43,058 nucleotides of DNA from Callorhinchus milii (taxonomy: Eukaryota): positions 1 to 43,058 of the forward strand of contig NW_024705454.1 of the NCBI RefSeq assembly GCF_018977255.1, given 5' to 3'. Position 1 is the first letter of the stretch. Each line of letters starts with the position of its first letter. The position numbers and the translations under genes were made by a program. Shown piece by piece: positions 11,841-25,420 of the stretch. The notes under the pieces were generated by a model. The model was not told the origin of the DNA and made no database searches. It saw only the letters and a program-made list of their open reading frames with translations.

Positions 11841-12763
11841 GCGAGCTGGAAGAGAGAAACAGAAAGAGGCTGTGACACTGACAGAGAAACAGGGAGAGAA
11901 ATCGAGACACACACACAAACGCACATACACACAGAGGCAGACAAAGAGACACAGACAAATGGACGGAGAGAAAGGGAGAGAGACACACACACACACACAG
12001 CCAGGGAGACGCAGAAACAAGAATAGAGAGCGAAAGACGAACACACACAGACACACACACAAACTCACAGACAGACAACCCCACAGAGGGACAGAGAGAC
12101 TCAGCAAAGTACACAAACAGACAGACAAGGTAGAGTCTGTGAAAGACACACACACAAATACAAAGAGAAAGTTGGAGATGGAGGCAGAGTCTCACACTAA
12201 CAGTGATAGTGTGAACGATAGGCTCCCACAGGCAAACGCACAGATACACACACAAACAAGAGAGAAAGATGGTGAGAACGAAATTTTGAGACTGGCAAAG
12301 ACACAGACAGACAGCGAGTGACAAAGAGACAAAGATTCCCAAACACGGAGTGACAGCGAAAGGCACAAGTCTGTAATGAGAAATACAGTCACAGGTTGCT
12401 TATAAATCACAGTCAACACCCCACACCCCCCATCCCAACCCCCACCCACGAGTCACTCGAGCACATGTTTTAACAGCTCCAAACCCATGCGAAACTGTCA
12501 GCATAAAGCCGGCCTCAATGAGACATGTCAATGCACAGGCCAGCGTCAGCTTCACATATTCGCACATAGAGAGACATTTACACACACATACAGAAGCACA
12601 CACACACACTCACACAGATAGAGACAGACAAACACAGACACACACACAACACGGACCCAATGGGAACGATACATACGCACAGACACGCACACTCACACGG
12701 ACACACACTGAGAGTCACATGCGCAGTCACTAACACACACTACTCACACAATTAGAGAGCAAT

Positions 12764-12800
<37 letters not shown>

Positions 12801-13599
12801 CACGCTCACATGTACGGAGAGTCATCCACATACATACAACAACAATAACAACAAAAAATACATTTGTATAGTGCCTTTCACGTTGGGAGGACGACCCAAG
12901 CCACATAGAGATAGATAGTGAGAGAGATGTAGATCTCTCTCGCTCTCTCTCACGCACACACACACACACACACAACTACACACATAGAGACACACATGCA
13001 CAAATACATGGAGAGAAGCTCAGAGAGACAATGAAAGATAGGAAGACAGAGACATTGGGAGAGATACGTACAAACAGAGACATAAACATTCAGGGAGAGA
13101 GACATAGGAAATTCATAGATAACATTTGAAGATTTGTTCTTGGGATCTATCTGTACCAACACATCCACTAACCCGCATTCAAATTCCGATTGCATTGTCA
13201 ATCGAACAGCTCGTCTTTCACCTGGTGAAATCGTCGTTCATTGGTATATTGTCGGTCTATTGTAAATATTGCCAGTTTCCAAACAATACATGTCCACCCG
13301 TCAATTATTTGTAAGGGAGCGACAGTAGAAAAAAACTGATACTGTTTGGAAATAATAAACCCAACGATTCTGGACATAGCTTCCAGCAATGACCTCGCAA
13401 AACAGAGAGAATACGAAACAGCAATATAATATACGATTTTGTACTGCGAATGACTTGCAAAGCTGTCGGACACTTCGGCAGTAATTAGGAATATAACATG
13501 CGAATTGCTAGACTAAATAATTTCAAGATCCGTCCACCTTAACCTGCACCTTCCTGGCAGTCGATGGACATGTCATTTCCCAAACAGCGTACTGTGTTC

Positions 13600-13860
13600 C
13601 AAGAAATTAATCTGTTCAAACCTGATGGAATGTTTTGATGAAGCTACAGATAGCGCGAATGAAGGTAGTGCAGTTGATATTATTTATTTGGATTTTCAAA
13701 AGGTGTTTCATAAATTCCCACATAAGAGACATGTACGATAGAAACAAACACACGGAAATAAAGGGACAGTGACAGAATGTACACAGAACTGGCTGGGAGA
13801 CACAAGGCAGAGGGCAGGGCTCAATGGTTGCTTTGTTGACTGGAGGGAAGTAATTCCCAG
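13600..13860 (+). mobile_element. CR1 LINE reverse-transcriptase fragment, cut by the L2 insertion
   Basis: EGSAVDIIYLDFQKVFHKFPHKR...NWLGDTRQRAGLNGCFVDWREV matches the CR1 RT N-terminal consensus. Confidence 0.85.
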
Positions 13861-13861
13861 C

Positions 13862-16080
13862 AAAAACAACAACAACAAGTTTCCATTTATGGAGCGCCTT
13901 TCACGTCGGGAGGACGTACGAAGGCGCTGGACAGTCGGGTCAGGACCCAAGCAGGGAAGAAATGGTCAGGATGAGGGGAAGGAAGGGAGGGTGTGAGGAG
14001 GGGGTAGAGAGTCGAGAGGGGAGCTGAAAGCAAAGTCAAAGAGAAAGGTCGGGGGACCGGCCTTGAAGGAGGAAGTGGAGGAGACAAGGCGAAGGTACTG
14101 GAGGATGGATTTCTAGAGCCTAGGGTCTGAGAGCCTGAAGGCACGGCCACAGATGGTAGGGCGTTCGGTGAGGGGGAGGTGTAGCATACCGCAGCCACAG
14201 GAACGGAGGGTACGGGCAGGTAGATAGGGGGATAGTAGGTCGGAGAGGTAAGAGGGAGCAAGTCCGTGAATGGCCTTGTAGCTGAGGATGAGGATCTTGA
14301 ATTCGATCCTCTAGAGGATGGGAAGCCAGCGAAGGCGAGCGAGGGTGTGGGTGATGTGGTCAGGAAACCTTGTGCGTGACCGTACCCGAGCTGCAGTGTT
14401 CTGAATTAGCTGCAGATTGTGGAGGGAGATGCCGGGAAGGCCGGAGAGGAGAGAGTTCCCATAGTCCAGCCTTGAAGTGATAAAGGCGTGGACCAGAGTT
14501 TCAGCAGCGTGAGGGGTGAGGTTGTGCCATAGATTGGCAACATTCCGGAGGTGATGGAAAGCGGTGCCAGTTGTGGCGCGGATATGAGGGAGAAAGGACA
14601 GCTCAGGGTCCAACAGAACCCCGAGGTTCCTGATGGCTTTGAGAGGGGGAGAGTGCGGCCTTGGATGCTGATGCTGTCAGCGCCTGAGGTGCGGAGGTGT
14701 TGACGTGAGCCAATCAGGAGTGCTTCAGTTTTGCGAACGTTGAGCTGAAAAAAGTTATCTCTCGTCCAGGACTCGATGTCGGAAAGACAGCTTTCAGGAC
14801 ATCGGTGGTCGTGGAGTTGAGGGTAGAGGAGGAAAGGTAGAGTTGGGTGTAATCCGCATACATGTGGAAGTTAACCCCATGTCTGCGGATGATGTCACCA
14901 AGGTGTAGTATATATAGGGTGAAGAGGAGGGGACCGAGGACAGAGCCCTGAGGGACACCGCACGAGAGAATGCGGTGGCTGGACGAAAATCCATTCGTGG
15001 AAACAAAGTGAAGACGGTGGATGAGGTACCACCTAAACCACTCAAGGACATGTCTTTGAAGGTTTAGGTTGGAGTAGAAGCGGTGGAGGAGGATAGCATG
15101 GTCGACCGTATCGAATGCTGCCGATAGGTCGAGGAGGACGAGGAGTCAGAGAGAGCCCTGGTCACAGATGATCAGGATGTCATTAGTGACCTTGACCAGG
15201 GCAGTTTCTGTGCTATGGGCAGCACGGAAACCCGACTAAAGGGGTTCGAATAATGAATGGGTGGAGAGGAATGTGCGGAGCTGAGAGGCGACAACTCGTT
15301 CCAGGAACTTGGACAAGAAGGGAAGGTTGGATATGGCCCGGTAGCTTGATAGCTGCGACGCATCAAGGGAGGGTTTTTTCAAGTTGGGAGTAATGGTGGC
15401 AGTTTTTAAGGGAATGGGAACAGAGCAAGAGGAAAGGGACAGGTTGACGATGTCTGTGATATGTCAGGCAAGGAGGTGGAGCTGGGAGATAAGGATTGGA
15501 GATGGGGTCAAGGGAGCAAGTGGTCGTTTTCAGGGAGAGGATGAATTTGGTGACAGAGGGTGGGGAAACGGGTACGAAAGTGTGTGGGGGAGGATGGGTA
15601 GGAGTCGGAGTGTGGGAGTCAGGGCGTAAGGGCGTGTGTGGATGTTGGAGGGGAAGTGACTGCGGTGCGAATTGCCTTGATATTGAATTTAAGGAAATCC
15701 GGCATCTCCACAGAGTGAATGTTGGAGGAGATGACCGGCGCGGGGTGGCGGGGGGGACGGAGGAGGGGGATGTCGTAGAAAACAGTAGCCTGGGGTTGTT
15801 ATTCGCCTCCAGGATAATCCTGGAGTAGAAAGACGACTTTGCCGAGGCTGGAGTGGAGCGGTAGATTTTGAGGAGGTCCAGCCAGATTAGTCGGTGGATC
15901 GTTAGGCCAGATTTGACGCAGGTGCTTTCATTGGCCCGCACCTGGCTCTTCACTGAGCGGAGGTTGGTGGTGAACCAGGGGGAGGAGCGAGAGAAGGAGA
16001 CAGTACGGGAGGTGATGGGGGCACGAGTATCGAGTGTGGAGGAGAGGGTGTTGTGGAGGAGGGTGAGAGTAGAAGAGGGG
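13862..16080 (-). mobile_element. L2 LINE, 5'-truncated, degenerate ORF2 plus 3' UTR and (TTG)n tail
   Basis: [20 protein letters not shown] (about 15097-15143), MYADYTQLY (mutated YADD), and LVHAFITSRLDYGNSLL...LQLIQNTAAR...HIT..LARLRWLP. Multiple stops and frameshifts. Confidence 0.93.
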
Positions 16081-17975
16081 TCAGTGAGTTGTAAAGTGCC
16101 TCCAATGTTGAGGGTTGCGCTCGATGTGTGTAGGTGCGAGAGAGCGAAATGCTGCAATGTGCCGCCATTCGTGGAGTCCTGTATCTCAGTGGTTAAAGCA
16201 CTCTCTTTGCAAGTGAGAGACCTGAGTTCAATTCCAGGCAGAGGGCGAAATCTTGGGCAAGTTTCCTTACTCCACACTGAGCCTAATAATAATCCTCCAA
16301 TACCAAACACAATAACAAATTGCTCATTTTTAATTCACGACTGTTTGTGGGACATTGCTGTGCGGAATTGGCTGCCGCGTTCGCCCACAAATATAGTCAA
16401 TTCACTTTACAGTGTGTTCTGTGAAACGCTTTGGACGTACTCCCGACGTGAAAGGCGCTATATCAAATGCAAGGATTATTATTATTATTATTATTATTAC
16501 TGAAAATGGCGCTATGCGCGTTTGTGTCGATTTGTGAGTGAGGCTCTAATTGATCCCACTGCTGAACCTATCGCTTTGTGCGAGAGAATGATGCTGTAAA
16601 GTGCCCCCAGTCTGAGGGTGGCGCTGTACGTGTGTGTATGTGTGAATGTATGCATGTTATGTATGTGTGTGTGTGTGTGTGTATGTATGTCTGTATGCAT
16701 GCATATATGTATGTTTGTATGTGTGCGTATGTATGTGTGTTTGTGTATGTGTGTGTATGTATGTGTGTAAGCATTCATATATGTATGTATTTATGTATGT
16801 ATACATAAATGTGTGTGTATGTATGTGTGTGTGAGAGAGTAAGAGTCTGCAATGTGCCCACAATGCTTGGGGCGGCGCAGTGTGTGTGTGAAATAGAGCG
16901 AAAGAGGGCGTTGATATATCCCCAGCTTTGAGGTGGCTCTGTGTGTTTCTTTCCGTGTGTGAGAGAGAGAGGATATAGTGTGCCCATAGCGCTCAGTGTG
17001 GCGCTGTGTGTATGTGTCAAGCTGGCATATGCCCCCAGTGCTGAGGCTTCCCTTTGTGTGATAGAGAAAATAATGTCAACCCAGTGCTGAGTATGTCGTT
17101 ATGAGACTGTGTGTGTGATTGTGTGAGAGAGACTGCAGTGTGTCCCCAGTGCTGAGGATAGCGCTATGTGTGTGTCACGCTGTAATGTGCCCCAGTGCTG
17201 CGAATGGCACTGTGTTTACTGAGTGTGTTTGAGAGAGAGAAATATACAGTCAATTCACTTAACAGTGTGTCCTTTCAAGCGCTTTGGGACGTCCTCCCGA
17301 CGTGAAAAGCGATATATTAAATACAAGGATTATTATTATTATTATAAATAGAGAGAGAGAGAGCGACAGTGTGTGTAATGTGTCGCCAATGATAAGTTTG
17401 GCGCTGTATATGGGAGCCTGTGTGTGTTTGTGAGAGACGATCTGATGTGCAACTCCTGCTGAGGGCGGCCCTGTGTGTTTTTGTGTTTGTGTGTGTGTGA
17501 ATCTGTTATGTGCCCCCAGTGCTGAGAATGGCTCTATGTGTGTGCGGGAGAGAGGAAGACAGAGAGCGAATGTACTGTGCCGCCAGTGCTAACGGTGGTG
17601 ATGTGTATCTATGTCGGAGTGTATGTGTGAAAGAGGCTTCATGTGTGTGAGAGAGAGATTCTAATGTGCCCCGAGTGCTGAGCAGAGCGCTTCATGTGCA
17701 TATGTGTGTGTGTGAAGTTGTAATAAACCCGCAGAGCTGAGGTTGGCGCTGGTCTTGTTTGTAAATATATGAGAGAGGCTGTAAAGTGCCACCAGTGCTG
17801 AATGTGACGCTGTGTGTTTTTGTGAGTGTGTGAGAGAGAGAGACAGAGAGATTGAATGAAGTGAGAGATAGCGAGAGAGGGGGGGGGGGGGTTGTAATGT
17901 GTCCACAGTGTGGTCCTGTGTGCCACTGTATGTGTGAGAGGCTTGTTGTGATTTCTCATCCTCAATGTTAACGTG
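16081..17975. repeat. Composite satellite: about 33-bp conserved core (gctgtaatgtgccccagtgctgagggtggcgctgt) separated by variable (TG)n(GA)n spacers, about 20 units
   Basis: The core recurs at about 16090, 16150, 16593, 16847, 16975, 17133, 17179, 17441, 17503, 17778 and others. It is interrupted by SINEs. Confidence 0.85.
16171..16499 (+). mobile_element. Full-length tRNA-derived SINE inserted inside a satellite core
   Basis: Complete head to (TTA)n. The flanks rejoin as aatgtgccgccattc|ctgaaaatggcgct, which is one satellite core. Confidence 0.92.
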
Positions 17976-18769
17976 GTCCAGTTTATTTTAGAACGGTTTA
18001 TCTTATGGGCTCCCGGTTTGATTAACATGTCACAATGACTCGGGATACAATGAATCCTGTGGCAAATATTGGGACTCAGGGATGCTCGTCATAGTTTACT
18101 ACTTCTTAGTTTAAAATGACAGTATTATCACTAAGCATTGTTCAGTAAAAAAAAGCGATTGGTTTTAGTCGATAAAAAAGCCATAGGTAGTTACGTTCTA
18201 TACAATCGTTTTAGTATTACATAGATGATTCTTTGGTAACATACAACTCACACGAGTATTAAGAATACCACAACACAATAATCATGACAGTATACGCTTT
18301 TATTTAATGAAGCGTGTACATCAAATTCACTTGATTTATATTGTTCGGATATGGTTTCATTAATAGATATCAGGAAATGCATTGTCATTCGATGCTCAAT
18401 TAAAATGCAATATCACAATGGATGATACGCTAAATCAGATGTGAAAGCGCTCTGAGACGCCGTGCGGCGAGGAGGGCGCTATATATATCCACGTTGTTGT
18501 TGTTGTTGAATGATCCAAGGGTATCCAATGGAAATATATTACCCGGTTAGTGGTGATGGGCTGATAGTGCTTCTCTCTCTCTTCCTTCTACTCTCTCTCG
18601 CTCAGTAGCGACTCCTCGTCTGGGCAGTTATCATCTCACACGACTCTTCCATTTGTCTCTCCTCAACTCTGGTATCGACGGTACCACGACGGATAGATTC
18701 TATAGCATCAGTTGCCGGACGATCTGCTCTGCCTGTTGCCCCTCTGCTTTTGGGTCGCTAATAGGGTAT

Positions 18770-21700
18770 GTGGGATATTCAGTGGGTTTGTGTGATGCTA
18801 CTTGAGTTGGTCGGGTATAAACGTCATGTGTGACTTATTGATGCAGTGTCTGGTATCAATGTGAGTGAAGTATTAATGGAGTGTGTCGTATTAATGGATT
18901 TTTAGGATTCTAATTGTATGTGTGAGGTTTAAAAGGGTGTGTGGGATATTATTCTGGGGTTAATGGTGTGTCGCGTGTTAACGTTGTTTGTGGTATGAGT
19001 GGGGTGTATGGTAATAATGTAGCTTGTTGAATTAATTCAGCATGTAGTATCAATGGTTTGTCTGGTATCAACGGGGATTTTGGGGTACTAATGCGGTATG
19101 TGTGGTACTTTTCGGGGAGTGGCCTATGTGGGTATCAATAGGCTCTGGTATATTAATGGCGTGTGGGTTATTAATTGTTTGATTGTTACGAATCGAATTG
19201 CGGGGAATTAATGTGGTAAACATCAGGTGCAGATTACTTATGTGGTGTGGGTTATTCATGGGGTGCGAGTACTAATGGCGTGGTTGGTGTCAATGGAGTG
19301 TGTCGTATTAATTGGGCGTGTGTTTTTAATGGGCTCTGTGGTATTAAAGAAATGTGTCTTATAAATCGGGTTTGCGGTAATAATGGGTAGTGTGGGGAAG
19401 TATTTTGGTTTGTGTGTGGTTTTGATGGGGTGCATTTGGGTACTAATGTTGTGTATGAGGTGTTTGTTGTGTGGGTTATTAATGGGGTGCGGTGTATTAA
19501 TGAGGTGTAGCTTATTAACGGATGGTGAAGCATTGATTGAGTGTGTGATATTAAAGTAGTCCGTGGTAACAATGTGGTACGTGGTATCAATGGGGTGTTT
19601 GGGATCTCAGTGGGGTGTGGGGGTATTAATGAGGTGACTGGCATATTAATGGGGTTTTGCGGTATTAATGGCGTTTCTGGATTATTATTCCTGAGCGTCG
19701 TATAAGTGGTGTGTGGGATATTAATGGAGTTGTGGCAATAATACAACAACAACAAGATTCCATTTATAGAGCTCCTTTCACGTCAGGAGGACGTCCCTGT
19801 AGTGTTAATTGAGCATCTGGGTTGCTAATGCGGTGTGCGGCCTATTAATTAGGTGTATTGGACAATACACCGGTGTGGGGTTTGAATGTTTTAAGGACTT
19901 TTAATGGGGTGGAGATAATTAATAGGATGGGGTTTAGTAATGGACTGTGTGGTTTTAAATTGTGGCGTATTAATGGAGTCTATTGTTTTTTTAACGTTTG
20001 TGGTTGGTACCAATGGGATCTGTGATATTAATGTGTTGTGGGAATGAATTGGGTGTGTGGAATATTGATGGATTGTGTTTTAAAAAGGGTTTTCGTGTAT
20101 TAATGTGGTATGGGGTACCAATGTGTTTCGGGGTATTAACGGGGTAATTGTTCAGTGTTAAAAAGATGTATTGAACGAGTGTGTTGCAATAATGATTTGT
20201 GGGGTATTAGTGGGTAGTGGGGTATTAATTGGTTGTGGTTTATTAATGGGATGTATGGTGTTATTGTGCATTTTTGTATTAATGGTTTGTGTGGTATTGA
20301 TTGTGTATTTGGTATTAATGGTGGTTAGGATTTTAACGGGGTTTGTTGTTTTAATGCGGTGTGTGGTGTTAATGAATGTGTCGTAGTAATGGGGTTTTAA
20401 CGGAGTTTGTGTTGTACTAGTGGGGCGTATGGGGTTTCACTGGTGTATGGGTGTTATTTCTTTATGGGCTATTGATAGGGTGAGATGAATTAATGGCATG
20501 TGGTGTACTAAATGTATGCTTTTTATTGAAATCGTATGGGCTATTTATGGGTTGTGCTGGGTATTAATGTGGTCTGGATGTTTATGTGATATGGGTAGGC
20601 AATGGAATTTGACGTATTAGTTGTTTGTGTAAGATATTAGTGGAGCGTGCCGAGTAATAATGGGCTGCGTGGGATACTAATGGGACATAATGGGATGTTA
20701 ATGGTACATGGGCGATTAATGAGTTGTTTGGTAATAGTAGAGGGATATTAATGGTTTGGTGCGCTTTGTTAATGGACTGTGTGGTAATAAATGTTGTGGT
20801 GTATTAATGAGCTTTGTTGTGTATTAATGGGTTGTGTGTGGTATCAATATAATATGGATTATTAATGAGGTGTGTTGTTTATTATCGGTGTGTTCTGGAG
20901 TTTGTGGAATATTATTGAGGTTTATGCAGCATTAGTGGGCTGATTTGCGTTTTAATAGGGTATGGTTTTGCAGTGCGGTGTAGGTATCAATGGGAAGTGA
21001 GGTATCAATGGGATATTATTGGAGAGTGGAATTAATGGGATGTTTAGCATTAATAAGTTGGATGGTATTAATGGGGTGTATACCATTAATGGAGGGTGTG
21101 TTATATTCTTGGATGTGGTATTAATGGGCTGTATGGTGCTAGTGGGTTGTTTGAGGTATTAACCTGGTGTGTGGGCCATTATTGGGGTTTGTGGGGAACT
21201 AATAGAACTTCATGGGGTTTTAATGGTTTATGGAGTATTAATTGGGTGTGCGATATTAATGGGAAGTGGCGTGTTAATGGGTATTTATTTTAATACAATT
21301 TTAATAATGGGCTGTTGGTTATTAACGAAATGTGGGACATTAATATTGTGTGGGAAATCAATGGAGATTGGGGTACTAATGTGTATAGGGTTAGGTGATG
21401 AAGGGGTGTGTGGTATTAACGGGTTGTGGGGTATTAATGGGGCGTGGTGTGTCAATGTTTCGTGGTCTATTCATGAGAATTGGCGTATTAGTGGCGTATG
21501 GAATTGAGTGGAGTTTTAATAATGGGCTTTGTGGTCCTAATGGGACGCGTAATGTTAACAGAGTCTGCGGTATCAATGGGGTGAATGTTAGCAATTTTTG
21601 CATGTACTAATAATGGGGTGTGTGGTATTAATACGATGCTTCGGATTTCAATAATTTTTGTGGGTTATTAATGGGATCTGTGTGTAATAATGGAGTGTAT

Positions 21701-24700
21701 GTTTTTCAATGTGGTGTATGGTATTAATATTATGGGGTACTTATCTGCTATATAGTGTTAATGCGGTGTGTTGTATGAATGGGATGTGTGCTATCGATGG
21801 GGTGTGTGTTGTCAATTGGCTGTTTGGTTGTAATTTTTGTGTGTGGTAATAATGGGATGTGTGGTGTTAATGTGGTGTTTGGGATTTTATTGGAGTATGC
21901 GGGTTGGATCTGTGTGTACTTTTGGGGTGTATGGGTATTAATGTGCTGTGTGATATCAGTAATGTATGGATTATTTATCTGCTGTACGGTGTTAACGCTG
22001 CGTGTGGCATTAATGGGATGTGTGGGTTATTGCTGGGGTGTGTGGGGTATTCACGGTGTGTATGGTGTAGCAATCCGTTTTGTTTGGTATTAATTCGTTG
22101 TGGAGTATTAATGGGATGTGGGTTATTAATTATGCATGGAGCACTAATGGGATATACGGAATTAATGTAGTGCGTGTTAATAAAGTGCTGTAGGGTATTA
22201 GTGCTTTGTGGTATTAATGGGGTGTTTAGGATATTAATGTCTTGTGGGCTATTAATGGGTTGTGTATGGTATTAGTGGGTTGTATGGGGTATTAATCGCG
22301 TTTGCAGTATAAACGGGATGTGGGTATTAATGGTGTGTGGCTTATTGACGGGATGTAGTGTATTACTGAGGTGTGTATGGTATAAGTGGAGTTTGTGGGG
22401 CATCAACGGGGTGTGTGGTATTAATGTGCTATTAATGGGGGTGTGTGTTCTTAATGGGGTATTTAGGATATTTTTATTAATAGTAAAACTAATCCTTGCC
22501 TTTGAAATAGCGCTTTTTACGTCTACTGGACTTCTCAAAGCGCTTCTCAGAATAAACTTTAAATTGAGTTGACTGTATATTTGTTCCGAAAATAGGCAGC
22601 CAATTGCGAACAGCGGTATCCCATAGAGAGTCGTGGATTGAAGGGACCAATTTATTGTACGTTTTTTTCTTTCTTGAGTGATTATTATCAGGCGGGTAGA
22701 GTAATTAATGGGTTGTTTGGGTTACTAATGTTGTGTGGGGATATTAATGGGGTGTATGGGGTATCAATGTAGTTTGGATTATTAATGGGCTATAGGGATT
22801 TAATGGACGGTGGGGTACTAATGGAGTGTGGGGTATGAATATGGTGTGTGGTATTGACAAAGTGAATGGAATTAATGGGTTATGTGGTATTAATTGTGCG
22901 TGTGGTATTAACGGTCTATGTAAAAATAATAATAATAACCCTTGAATTTGATATAACGCTTTTCACGTCTTCTAGACGTCCCAAAGCGCTTCACAGAATA
23001 TGCTGTAAAGAGAATTGACCATATATTTGTGGGCAATAAGCGGCAGCCAATTGTGCGCAGCAGTGTCCCACAAGCAGTCGTGTACTGAAAATGAACAATT
23101 TATTGTTGCTTTGTTTTGGAGGGATTATTATGAGGCGTGTGGAGTAAATAAACTTGCTCAACGTTTCACCCTGACGCATGTGGTCCACATCCGTAGATAC
23201 GAAGAGACATCAAGGAACCGTGTTGTAAGGAGGCACATGGTAACGGTGCCTGTCTTGACTTTACTTCCTGGCTAGGAAATGAAGTGAAGTACAAACATCT
23301 TTACTATGCTCCTACCTTATAAATCCAGTTTTCAAATTTATTTATTCAGAATTTATTTATTATTTAGAACTACAGCACCTGCCAAACACAGCACATATGC
23401 TTCTGCACCCCAACTTCTAGCCACGCCAAATCAAAATCCAAAATCCAATCGTATTTGTGGTATGAATTGGGCCTGTGGGGCATTAATGGAATTTATGTGG
23501 GACAGTTTGCTGTGGGTATTAATGGGGTTTGGGTAACTAAAGGAGTGTGTGGTATTGAGGGGTGTGACGTGCTACTTGGGTGTAGTTTACCAACGGGTTG
23601 TAGTGTATTAATGGGCTGTTGGATATCAATCGAGTGTGCTGTAATAAAGGTGTGGGGTTATTTACGGAATGTGGGGTATTAATGGTTCGTGGAGTATTAA
23701 TGTGGTGCATTTGGTATTAATGGTGTGTGTGTGGTACTAATGGGGCGTGTGACGATGTTTTGGGGTGTGCCATGTCAATGGGGTGTATTTTATTCATTGG
23801 TGTGTGGTCGTAATATTGTATGTGCTAATAATATGGTGTGTGCTATTAATGGGGTCTTTGGGATTTGTATGGGTTATGTGGGGTTTTATTGTGGTCTGTG
23901 TGGTACTGATGGGATATCTGGGGTATTAGCGTTGTGTGCAGTATCAATAGTGTGTGGGGAATTAATGTTCTTTGTGGAAATAAGGGTATGTGTGTTATTA
24001 ATGGAGAGTGGGAGTATTAAAGACGTGTGCGATAATAATGGGGTTTCTGTGGCACTAATTCGTTGTGTGGCATATTGTTTATGTGTTGCGGGATACCAGT
24101 GAAGAACATGATGTGTTAATGGGTTGTGGTGTAATTCAGGGTTGTGTGATTTATTAATGGGGCGTAGGTTACTAATGGGGTCTGTGGTAATAATGGTTTG
24201 TGAGGAATCAATATATTATGGAGTATTTATCTGTTTGATATGAAAGAATTGTGTAGTATCAGTGGTGCACAAGATATTATTGCAGTGTGTGGGGCATTAA
24301 TGGAGTGTTCGGTATAAATGGACGTGTGGGTTATTAATGGAGTGCATTAGGTGTTGATGGTGTGTGGGGTGTTAATGGTGTGTAGCAGTATTAATGGTGT
24401 GTGGGGTAACAGTGAGGTGTGTGCTATTAATGGGAATTGGGTACTAATGTGAAGTGCTTGTATTAATGGGATGTTGGTATTAAAGGGGTGTGTGGGGTTC
24501 TAGTGGGCTGCGTGTGGTATTAATGTGGTAATGGAGTATTAATGGGGCATTAATGGGTTGTGAGCTACTAGTATTTTGTGGCTTTAGAGGAGTGTGTGGT
24601 GTTAATAACTGTGAGGTATAAATGGGGTTTGTGGTATTAATAGAGTGTGCAGTATTATTGCAGTGTTTTGGGTATGAATGGGTGTGTCGGGTGTTAATGG

Positions 24701-25420
24701 GCTCTGGGTTATTATTATGGTGGTGTGCAAATTAATTGCGTGTGAGGGTACTAATGGGATGTCGGTTATTAATGGGGTTTGCGAGTAATGATATTTTGGG
24801 AAAAGAATGGGGTGTGGTTGTTGATGGGATGTTTCCAGTGCCTTGGGACGTCCTGCCAACGTGAAAAGCGCTATATCAATGCAAAGTGGGTCTTGTTGTT
24901 GGTATTACTGGTTTGTGGCTTGTTAATGAGCCATGGGGTATTAATGGGATGCATGATATTAATGTGCATTTTGATTATAATGTGTGTAGTATTGATGGGA
25001 TATTTGGGATATTAATGGGGAGTATGGGATATTAATGGTGAGCATGATGTATTAATGGGGTGTTGTATTAATGGGGTAAGTTGTATCAATTGCTTGTGTG
25101 GTATTAATGAAATGTGTGTGCTAAAGTTTTAACTTGGATTTGCTGATGTATTATTTGGGTGTGCAGTGTACCAATGAGGTGTATGAGGTATTAATGGGAT
25201 GTGCGGTATTAATGTCGTGAGGGGTATTGATGCCGTGTTATGTGTTAAAGGTGTGTGCGGCATTACAGAGGCGGGGATATTAATGCGGTGTGATGGGTAT
25301 TAATGCGGTATGTGAGTACTCATGAACTGTGGCTTATCAATGGGGTTTAGCGTATTAGTTGGTTGTGTGGGTTATTAATGGAGTATGCGGGGTACTAGTG
25401 TGCTGCAATGTGGTTTATTA
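18770..25420. repeat. About 6.6-kb degenerate GT-rich satellite, unit roughly 20 bp (ggtattaatggggtgtgt)
   Basis: tattaatgg-type cores recur throughout with strong G/T strand skew. Interrupted by L2/SINE tail fragments near 19745, 22490, 22925 and 24835. Confidence 0.92.
22925..23165 (-). mobile_element. 5'-truncated tRNA-SINE (a second diverged copy lies at about 22490-22705)
   Basis: aataataataacccttgaatttgatataacgcttttcacgtc...tgtggagtaaataaacttgctca matches the local SINE body. Confidence 0.8.

Noticed and set aside
8946..13201. Many long ORFs rich in S/L/C/V or R/E/T/H
   Set aside because: Translations of (CA)n/(GA)n tracts or of the PSMB11 antisense strand.
13105..13560. Penelope GIY-YIG-like peptide SSNVIYEFP on the minus strand
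   Set aside because: A single short motif; the surrounding sequence gives no convincing support.
15363..16310. 315-aa ORF as a gene
   Set aside because: Chance read-through of antisense SINE, satellite and L2 ORF2 remnant.
16081..17975. CRISPR-like repeat-spacer layout
   Set aside because: Vertebrate DNA, degenerate cores, spacers are microsatellites of uneven length, and no cas genes.
23165..23450. Unique island in the satellite as an exon
   Set aside because: Looks more like a decayed retroelement 5'/ORF1 piece fused to a SINE; no convincing donor or product.
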